Assembly (NCBI GenBank): GCA_963821715.1
Contig: CAWGET010000010.1
Span: forward strand, 47,990-111,989
From: an uncultured Melioribacteraceae bacterium
GTDB lineage: Bacteria; Bacteroidota; Ignavibacteria; Ignavibacteriales; Melioribacteraceae
DNA: 64,000 nt
Direction: 5' to 3'
The position numbers were made by a program, and so were the translations under genes. The notes under the pieces were generated by a model. The model did not search any database. It saw only the letters and a program-made list of their open reading frames with translations, and was not told where the DNA came from. Of this stretch, positions 58,701 through 64,000 are shown piece after piece. Within the stretch, counting starts at the first letter, position 1. The number at the start of each line of letters is the position of its first letter.

Positions 58701-59264
58701 GTTGAAAATTCAAGAATTAATATAACTGTGCCTAAGCCTGAATTAAATAAATGGTATCATATTGCATTTATTCGGGATACTCAAAACAACCAGTTAAAGC
58801 TTGTAGTGCACGATGAGAATAGAGACGAAGTTTATTCGCAATCAACTTCTTTTAATACAAATGACGTTTTATTAAACTCTCAAGATGTAGTTATAGGCGG
58901 AAATTTCATTGGTTATATTGATGAAGTTAGGATAAGTAATGTTGTCAGATACTTTAAGACAGCCGTATCAGTCGAAAAAGAAACATCAGAAATAAAATTA
59001 GATTATGCATTATTGCAGAACTATCCCAATCCATTCAATCCTTCAACAATAATTAAATTCAATCTACTTGAACCAGGTTTTGTTGATCTGCGCGTATTTA
59101 ATGTTTTAGGAAAGGAAGTAGCTTCCTTAATAAATAATAATATGCAATCAGGACAACATACAGTAAAATTTGAAGCAGGTAATCTGGCGGCGGGAACTTA
59201 CTTCTATAAAATAAACGTCGACGGGAAGTTTTCCTCTGTTAAAAAAATGCTGTTGGTAAAATAG
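55713..59264 (+). CDS. secreted multidomain protein: C10-like cysteine peptidase, small beta domains, two LamG modules, FN3-like linker, T9SS C-terminal sorting domain
   Basis: 1183 aa. Signal peptide. Papain-fold/C10-like Cys (GNACGPTSFARIMHYWQFP) and His (AHYWILDGYN). Two LamG-like modules (GDWTIELWAKFTS...GYIDEVRISNV). C-terminal QNYPNPFNPSTIIKFNL...GTYFYKINVDGKFSSVKKMLLVK, a type A Por/T9SS sorting domain. Confidence 0.85.
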   Translation: MKLKYLFIHIILLFSVFNPTNASDARKTDKLKLVPEAVEPLIQNQWVTFEWPYNAYNPEDSEGPNGHWGNACGPTSFARIMHYWQFPVNGKNALNFTDYWGNYWNVDLTNMNLNYTEMRDVLDHNSSQAEYNETARLFEATCAVGEKITIGWAGDKERIPGALVNNFGFKSSLHWVDRWDYSKEEWIDILKNELASGRPILMLGRTEDSPAPWQSGSYRAHYWILDGYNTNDEFYIDYAFNNIKGYYDADNLGGIYVAYNSALIGIEPDWGNKELQLIQPANGGSFFNNQELTITWNSSNIQNLRIEFSNDKGYTWNIVAENVPANNGSYSFPPTSIASENCRIKITDETDVNINRISGIFEIRSPLEKSIKLLSPDGGEYFLADKTYQIVWESELISFVDIEYSTDNGTTWNSIINNYNDASKKYDWTIPTIKSELCLVRITETGNTSISSQTPNAFTISDQELVGGPYYKDENTVLLLHFDGNYKNSSDLSDDGTPSGGGQEFTSNSALKLDESLKFSSGADKISIPHNNELSISGDWTIELWAKFTSYSNMPYLISKPGDSDPYQSNYSIQLQTSWDNVFHGLYFPVENLRINITAPKPELNKWYHVAFIRDTQNSQLKLIVHDENREEIHTRLTPLNTNNVLLNSQDVVIGGGFEGYIDEVRISNVVRNFEEVILPGAAFNPSPANNASNVEFENTELTWNNGANTEKIDLYFGKTNPPQELVLNNVNPQTSYQLNTLEKNTDYFWKVVCKNSFGASNSSVWKFKTKDEIASTISLKTPDGGEYLTAGKTYPITWESENVNNVNIEYSSDNGAAWKSIISNYNDASKKYDWTVPAVNSTSCLIKISDSGNSSFNSQSPNTFTISEQELIGGPYCNDENTVLLLHFDGDYENMSNLSNDGTGSGGGQSFTTNSTLHLDECLKFSNETDKIFIPHNNELNLSGDWTIELWAKFTSYGNMPYLISKPGDGDPYQSNYSIQLQTSWDNVFHGFFFPVENSRINITVPKPELNKWYHIAFIRDTQNNQLKLVVHDENRDEVYSQSTSFNTNDVLLNSQDVVIGGNFIGYIDEVRISNVVRYFKTAVSVEKETSEIKLDYALLQNYPNPFNPSTIIKFNLLEPGFVDLRVFNVLGKEVASLINNNMQSGQHTVKFEAGNLAAGTYFYKINVDGKFSSVKKMLLVK
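56838..57730 (+). repeat. tandem intragenic duplication, copy 1 (small beta domain plus LamG)
   Basis: Aligns colinearly with 58059-58951 at a 1221-nt period. Long identical protein runs include NYNDASKKYDW, ENTVLLLHFDG, GDWTIELWAKFTSY, YQSNYSIQLQTSWDNVFHG and GYIDEVRISNVVR. Confidence 0.85.
58059..58951 (+). repeat. tandem intragenic duplication, copy 2
   Basis: See copy 1. The copies are separated by a 328-nt FN3-like linker. Confidence 0.85.
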
Positions 59265-59308
59265 CTGCAAATTTTATGCGGCGAGGCTAAACAAGCTCAC
59301 TATTTTTT

Positions 59309-59340
59309 AAGTCCTGTGGTTTTTACTGCAGGACTTTTTT
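59309..59340 (+). terminator. rho-independent terminator after the T9SS protein gene
   Basis: aagtcctg/caggactt stem followed by a T-run. Confidence 0.6.
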
Positions 59341-59478
59341 AATAAAAATTGTTTCAATTGAAAAATAGTATTTATAACAGAAAAAGAAAACAACAAGCTA
59401 AAGGAGTTTACTTTCTGAATTTTATATTGAGAAGATCGGTTTAATTCTGAATAGCGAAAAAAATAAGAATACATATAA

Positions 59479-60216
59479 TCAAATGTTTATTAGTTTCGGT
59501 TCCTGGTTCCACTCCCTACCTAAAAGTTTTCTACCGTTTGCTTTCTTATTTCTTTTAACGCCGTCTGAGCCCCAAGTTCCCCACTGTTTAAAAAAGAATG
59601 CAACGTTTTGATCTTTACATTGTTGTTGAACATTCACCGCCCATTCAGGCTGCATCGGACGCGCTTTCAATCCACTTTCCCCTCCAACAATAACCCAATG
59701 AATGTTAGTTAGATCAATATTTCCTATATCTTCAAGGAGCGGTTCTATTGAAAGAAATCTAATATTAGCATCGATCTTGCGAAGATAATCAATTCGGTTT
59801 TTATGTTTAGAGTTCTCGACTGTAACACCAAGCCAAACATTGTCGGGTACTTTTTTATTGAGGAAATATTCAGCTAAAATCTTCTCCCTTTTTGTAAGAA
59901 TTTGATATTGATGCTGCGGCGTATTCTCAATTACTTCAAAAACCTTATCAAGAAAATCAAACGGCATATCTTCGTGAAACAAATCGCTCATTGAATTAAC
60001 AAAAAATTTAGTAGGTTTCCTTGTCTTCAAAGGAATGGATAGCCGATCGGGAATTATCTTAAATGAAAACCCATCTTCATAATCTTTTTGTCCCATTGCT
60101 TTTAAGCGATTAGCCATTGTTTCGGCATAGCAGAATTTACAACCGGCTGATACCTTATCACACCCGATTGATGGATTCCAAGTTGCATCTGTCCATTCAA
60201 TTTTAGTATTTTTCAT
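59479..60216 (-). CDS. three-Cys-motif phage Gp37/Gp68-family (DUF5131) protein
   Basis: 245 aa. N-terminus MKNTKIEWTDATWNPSIGCDKVSAGCKFCYAETMANRL carries the family-typical IEWTD..WNP..GC and a C-x6-C-x2-C triad. Confidence 0.85.
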   Translation of the reverse strand: MKNTKIEWTDATWNPSIGCDKVSAGCKFCYAETMANRLKAMGQKDYEDGFSFKIIPDRLSIPLKTRKPTKFFVNSMSDLFHEDMPFDFLDKVFEVIENTPQHQYQILTKREKILAEYFLNKKVPDNVWLGVTVENSKHKNRIDYLRKIDANIRFLSIEPLLEDIGNIDLTNIHWVIVGGESGLKARPMQPEWAVNVQQQCKDQNVAFFFKQWGTWGSDGVKRNKKANGRKLLGREWNQEPKLINI

Positions 60217-60217
60217 C

Positions 60218-61328
60218 TTACGTAAGCTTATAATCTAATTTAACTTTTTCTCTAACTACCTTTTGATAAGTTACTAAAGGTGAGCGACTGTCGAAAGTTA
60301 TTAATCTTTCTTCTTTCATTCTTTTTATTTCTTCGGCTGCGTGTTTGCCAATATGTCCTTGATTTAAAGTAAACAAATAAGCGTCATCATTATTTTTTAT
60401 AGTCCCATTCTAAGAATGATTGCCTAACCTTATTTTGAAAGCTCTCTATTTTAGTTGGTATTTTACCATCAAAAAGATGCAACTGTTTCTTTGCTGAATC
60501 TTCATCTATATCAAAATTGGCGTTACCATTTATAGTGTTTGTTTTCCAAACAGTATGTAAAAATTTATCAGCGCCTCTAATATGTTTGCTTACAAAAATG
60601 AGTCCGTAAACATTATTCTTATCACTTTTCATTATAGAAAAAGGAATTAAACCATAACTTTTAATATTTGATGGAACATACTTTTCAAATTCATCACACA
60701 AAATATTATGTACTTGTTTTCTCGGAATAAGCTTTATTTTTTCTGAATCAAATTTCGGATGATATTTTTTCACTTCATCACGTTCAGCAAACCGATGCAC
60801 AAAGGATGAAGAGATAAAAAATATAAATTCAGTTGTATCTAGGTTTATTAGAAAATGAAATACTTTTTCATCAACTTCCTTAAATCCATTTTGATCTATA
60901 AAAATTAAATTGCAGCCATTATTTAATTCTTTACTGTATAATTCAAGACATTCACGAAAATTATTGGATGAAAACTTTATATCCACTAAAGGAATTAAGG
61001 GAAAGTTCTTTGACCTTTGTTTCAACATTTATTTTTAATTGATCAATTTTATTTTTATCTAGATCGTTAAGGAATAAACATACTTTCTTTGATTTACTAA
61101 TAAGATTTCTTCTATGTTTATTTATGGTTTCAATATTCTTATTGGACTACCAGGAACATCATTTTTATCATATCCGCTTCCTGCAAATAAATCAAATACT
61201 TGAATTGGTTTTAAAAATTTTCCCATTATAAAGGTTGGCAGCCATTCTTCAAAATACTTTTGAAATATTTCTAGCTTGGCAATAGTTCCTTCATCAAAAG
61301 GAGAATCAAAAATATCTTTAATGGGCAT
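60218..61328 (-). pseudogene. tcmP: three-Cys-motif partner protein TcmP, disrupted by three frameshifts
   Basis: The N-terminal ORF (61328-61122) reads PFDEGTIAKLEIFQKYFEEWLPTF...FDLFAGSGYDKNDVPGSPI, which is TcmP-like. The coding sense continues in a second frame (TINKHRRNLISKSKKVCLFLNDLDKNKIDQLKINVETKVKELSLNSFSGYKV). It then returns to the first frame (ORF 61028-60390). A third frame is open for 58 codons to the TAA at 60220-18, 1 nt before the DUF5131 ATG. Confidence 0.7.
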
Positions 61329-61393
61329 TTATATTCTCAATTATTTGAATATTTAATTACTTTATGAACATATGGTTAATTTTCACTTAGTCA

Positions 61394-61876
61394 TCAATTA
61401 AAGATCTTCTTAATCTTCTTCCTTTCTTTTTTGAATAGACCGCCGACTTTGTTTGTTATTAATTCGTGCTTCTCTTTTAGATTATTTATCGATTCTGCAT
61501 CAAATCTTTTTTCATTTATGATTTGCTTCATTTCTTTTACGGTATCTAGGATTTCATTCTGATCTGCATCTGTTTTATCGAGTAGTAATTGTAGTTTGAT
61601 AATTGCTGAATTGATCGAGTCGAACATTCTATCAATTTCTCGATTTGGTTCCAATAACTGTGAGGAGCCGTCTTGAATGCCTGGGTATTTTTCAATCCAT
61701 TCCAATGTGCTGAACAAAAACAAATGAACGCTCTTGTCTAATTTATCAAGCCAGGTGCTGTTAACTACACTTCGATAGTTAAATTCCAAGTTCTTTTTTG
61801 CAACTCTGTAGGAAATCCAGGGACCAATAACTACAGCTAGAATTGCAGCTATCGCGGTTAAAATTTGTGCTGTCAT
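61394..61876 (-). CDS. hypothetical membrane-anchored coiled-coil protein
   Basis: 160 aa. One N-terminal TM helix (ILTAIAAILAVVIGPWISY), then a helical, charged region. No family recognised. Confidence 0.5.
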   Translation of the reverse strand: MTAQILTAIAAILAVVIGPWISYRVAKKNLEFNYRSVVNSTWLDKLDKSVHLFLFSTLEWIEKYPGIQDGSSQLLEPNREIDRMFDSINSAIIKLQLLLDKTDADQNEILDTVKEMKQIINEKRFDAESINNLKEKHELITNKVGGLFKKERKKIKKIFN

Positions 61877-62014
61877 ATTTATTTCACTTATTTTAGCTAA
61901 TAGATAGTCTCGGTAATTAATCTATCTCAAACTTTTCATATTTCAATCTGTGGATCGATAATTTTCGCCTCATCGTATTCAAGTTCATATATCTTATAAA
62001 ATTTGATATAAATT

Positions 62015-62230
62015 TCATTCCGAATTCTCGGACCTTGCTGTTAACATCTTCTCTACTTCTAGTCCAACGAGTATTTTAATCTGCTTGTCGGATTCAGTTT
62101 TATATATCTCTTCGAAGCCTGAAAATTAAAAGAAGTCAAATAAAAAATATAGATTCTCGGAAGAGGGAAGAATATTGTTAAATACCTCGGAAAGAAGTTT
62201 GTTAGTGTTCGTAATGAATTGTGTAGCCAT
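62015..62230 (-). pseudogene. stub of the N-terminus of a PLD-nuclease/helicase-type (restriction-like) gene
   Basis: From the ATG at 62230: MATQFITNTNKLLSEVFNNILPSSENLYFLFDFF, an in-frame TAA, then FSGFEEIYKTESDKQIKILVGLEVEKMLTARSENSE and a stop. The pattern FITN..(about 20)..L.FLVGYFYFSGF..L.......I.ILVG is the N-terminal PLD-like module I recall from helicase-related defence proteins. Only about 70 codons remain. Confidence 0.4.
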
Positions 62231-62372
62231 GAAGTATGATCCGGTTATGAACAAACTAATGCTACAAATATATTATTTTTCATTAGAAAATAATAGAAAA
62301 TCTTAAGAAGAGAATAAAATATGTTGCAACTATAATTTTACTACTTCAGTTTCTACTTCAGTAATTTTCTTT

Positions 62373-62412
62373 AAAAAACAAAAGCCCTGTAAGTTATTGT
62401 CTTACAAGGCTT
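62373..62412 (-). terminator. rho-independent terminator of tRNA-Asp
   Basis: On the minus strand, AAGCCTTGTAAG/CTTACAGGGCTT forms a stem (11 of 12 pairs) followed by TTTTGTTTTTT, immediately after the tRNA 3' end. Confidence 0.55.
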
Positions 62413-62421
62413 TACAAGCGG
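62406..62421 (+). repeat. tRNA-junction copy of the intergenic motif
   Basis: aaggctttacaagcgg spans the terminator 3' arm and the last 3 nt of tRNA-Asp. Compare 48731-48750. Confidence 0.35.
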
Positions 62422-62493
62422 GGCCGACGAGACTCGAACTCGCGACCTCCTGCGTGACAGGCAGGCGTTCTAACCAAACTGAACTACGACCCC
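62419..62493 (-). tRNA. tRNA-Asp (anticodon GTC)
   Basis: Hand-folded cloverleaf. Acceptor GGGGTCG/CGGCCCC, D arm GTTC/GAAC, anticodon arm CCTGC-CTGTCAC-GCAGG (GTC), T arm GCGAG-TTCGAGT-CTCGT, discriminator G. No encoded CCA. 75 nt. Confidence 0.95.
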
Positions 62494-62528
62494 AAATTAT
62501 TTTTAATGAACTTTCTATCTTAATTTAA

Positions 62529-62577
62529 GGCGTTATAACCAAACCTGTCTGCAACAGGCAGGCTGAACTATGACCCC
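62529..62577 (-). pseudogene. scrambled fragment of a tRNA-Asp 5' half
   Basis: Minus strand: GGGGTCaTAGTTCAG + CCTGCCTGTTGCAGACAGG + TTTGGTTAtAACGCC. The outer blocks match tRNA-Asp positions 1-15 and 16-30 with 1 mismatch each. The 19-nt insert resembles the anticodon arm. There is no T arm or 3' acceptor. Confidence 0.45.
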
Positions 62578-62635
62578 TTTTCAAAAATCAAGACTTAAAT
62601 ATAATATTGATTTCAATCTTCTGCAAGAATTTTTT

Positions 62636-63742
62636 TTATAATTCCTTTCTTCCGAACGAAATTCCAACGGAAATAGCCGCTTGTACCGCTTCTTCATTTT
62701 TAGTAACTAGTTTTTGTTTGGCAATCGCATCTTCAATTCTAACGCTGGTAATTGCAGTTCCTTTCAGAGCTACCATTCTGCCGAACTTTTTCTTTATCGC
62801 CAACTGGATTGCGGACGTTCCGAATTTTGTAGATAAAATTCTATCATAAGGAGTCGGACTGCCTCCTCTTTGTAAATGTCCCAATACAGTAACCCGCGTT
62901 TCTAAATTCGTATTTTCTTCAATTCTATCGGCAACAAGTTTTCCTATTCCGCCCAGCTTTATAGGGTCTGTGCGTTTTATATCTGTTTTACTCACAACCA
63001 TTTCGCCGTCTTCCGGTCTTGCGCCTTCGGCAACACATACAATCGAAAAACGTTTTCCCATCATATTCCGTTCAATCACTTTGTCATATACTTCTTCCCA
63101 CGAGAACGGGAATTCCGGTATTAAAATTATATCGGCTCCACCCGCTAAACCGCCATGAAGCGCTATCCATCCGGCATAACGACCCATCACTTCAATCACC
63201 ATAACGCGGTGATGTGACGACGCCGTCGTGTGCAGTCTATCGATCGCTTCCGTCACTACATAAACGGCGGAGTCGTGCCCGAATGTCTGGTCAGTCGCTT
63301 CAAGATCGTTGTCGATGGTTTTCGGAACTCCGACAATATTCATTCCCATTTGTCCTAAACGGTTCGAAATATGCATCGAGCCGTCGCCGCCTATTGAAAT
63401 CAAAGCATCAAGATTCCATCCTTCATAATTTTTTAACGCCTCTTTCGACCTGTCGAAAATCTGCACTTCTCCATTGATTTTTTCAGGCCAATGAAACGGA
63501 TCTCCTTTATTTGAAGAACCTAGTATTGTTCCGCCTCTTGCTAATATTCCGGAAACATCCTTATTGTACAATTGTTTGGCTTTTCCTGAAACTAACCCTT
63601 CAAATCCGTCAAGTATTCCAAGCACTTCCAATCCGTGGTCTAATGCCGGCTTAGTTACTCCGCGTATTACTGCATTAAGCCCCGGACAATCGCCGCCGCC
63701 GGTTAAAATACCAATTCTTTTAATTCCTGATCTTTTCGCCAT
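62636..63742 (-). CDS. pfkA: 6-phosphofructokinase
   Basis: 368 aa with GILTGGGDCPGLNAVIRG, GGDGS, PKTIDND and MGRYAGW. The donor (ATP versus PPi) is not certain from sequence alone. Confidence 0.9.
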   Translation of the reverse strand: MAKRSGIKRIGILTGGGDCPGLNAVIRGVTKPALDHGLEVLGILDGFEGLVSGKAKQLYNKDVSGILARGGTILGSSNKGDPFHWPEKINGEVQIFDRSKEALKNYEGWNLDALISIGGDGSMHISNRLGQMGMNIVGVPKTIDNDLEATDQTFGHDSAVYVVTEAIDRLHTTASSHHRVMVIEVMGRYAGWIALHGGLAGGADIILIPEFPFSWEEVYDKVIERNMMGKRFSIVCVAEGARPEDGEMVVSKTDIKRTDPIKLGGIGKLVADRIEENTNLETRVTVLGHLQRGGSPTPYDRILSTKFGTSAIQLAIKKKFGRMVALKGTAITSVRIEDAIAKQKLVTKNEEAVQAAISVGISFGRKEL

Positions 63743-63885
63743 TAATACATTCCTAATTCAAAAACATTTAGCTTTAAATATAAGGATTTTTATTCGGATG
63801 GTAAAATGATTTTCTAATTTGCGGATTTACAAAACTCACATTCGCTATTCACGAAACAATAATTTTTTTTGAATGAAGATAGTTC

Positions 63886-64000
63886 CTATATCTTTTTCAG
63901 ATTTTTGAAATGCATTTTGCAATACCGGTTAAGCTCGTCTCTCCCGAGCAGCGCAGCAATTTCGGCTACTTTTGCATCCGCTAGTTTTGATGCTCCCTTA
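63886..64000 (-). CDS. 3' end of an unidentified gene (runs off right edge)
   Basis: The open minus-strand frame ...KGASKLADAKVAEIAALLGRDELNRYCKMHFKNLKKI ends at a TAG (63888-63886). It is too short to assign. Confidence 0.3.
   Translation of the reverse strand, partial: KGASKLADAKVAEIAALLGRDELNRYCKMHFKNLKKI

Larger units (their letters stand above)
46159..62418. mobile_element. putative ancient, immobilised genomic island at the 3' end of tRNA-Asp
   Basis: The region is visibly more AT-rich by eye. It has accessory and defence-type content, at least four gene relics, and ends exactly at the tRNA-Asp 3' end. No integrase and no long att repeat were found, so the boundaries and mobility are inferred. 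Confidence 0.4.

Noticed and set aside
62636-63742. Mixed phosphoryl-donor signature in PFK: GGDGS (ATP-like Gly) together with PKTIDND (PPi-like Lys).
   Set aside because: As far as I recall, the same combination occurs in a known clade of ATP-dependent PFKs. It is therefore not evidence for anything unusual, and I only note that donor specificity is unassigned.
1-64000. CRISPR arrays, rRNA genes, IS elements and reverse transcriptases.
   Set aside because: I saw no regularly spaced direct repeats, no rRNA-like sequence, no transposase- or RT-like ORFs, and no terminal inverted repeats flanking ORFs.

Overview
This is a 64-kb window from a low-GC bacterium. All calls come from reading the sequence and ORF track and recognising motifs; no searches were run. 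The gene content and a QNYPNPFNPST-type T9SS C-terminal sorting domain suggest an FCB-group, Ignavibacteria-like organism, but that is inference only.

Positions 1 to about 46150 are mostly core genome:
- A partial mrpABCD Na+/H+ antiporter operon.
- Central metabolism: gpmI, aroE, pckA coupled to an aminotransferase, and a threonine/serine dehydratase.
- aat.
- A complete rnfC-D-G-E-A-apbE-rnfB-rseC operon.
- A ferredoxin, geranylgeranyl-reductase, PAS histidine kinase and sigma-54 regulator operon, divergent from rnf.
- GH15, a PfkB kinase, a beta-lactamase-fold hydrolase and NamZ/DUF1343.
- Ku, rsmI and an Nfu/NifU protein.
- A few small or orphan genes: a Phd antitoxin with a toxin stub, a Cys-rich 86-aa protein, and a stand-alone CarH-type B12 module.

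Positions about 46160 to 62418 look like an old, mosaic, AT-rich accessory island that abuts the 3' end of tRNA-Asp(GTC). It carries:
- A GIY-YIG/DUF4357 nuclease.
- mazEF.
- An SDR, orphan lipoproteins and a secreted PNPOx-fold protein.
- A transmembrane TPR-AraC regulator.
- A 1183-aa C10-peptidase/LamG/T9SS protein with a large internal tandem duplication.
- A three-Cys Gp37/Gp68 (DUF5131) gene paired with a frameshifted TcmP gene.
- Several gene relics.

No integrase, transposase, CRISPR array or rRNA was found. pfkA and a partial ORF follow the tRNA. The candidate I consider most worth follow-up is the uncharacterised DUF5131/TcmP pair, set in a decayed defence-like context next to the tRNA. 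The ferredoxin-GGR operon facing rnf, the DNA-binding-domain-less CarH-like module and a recurrent intergenic motif shared with the tRNA junction are secondary leads.
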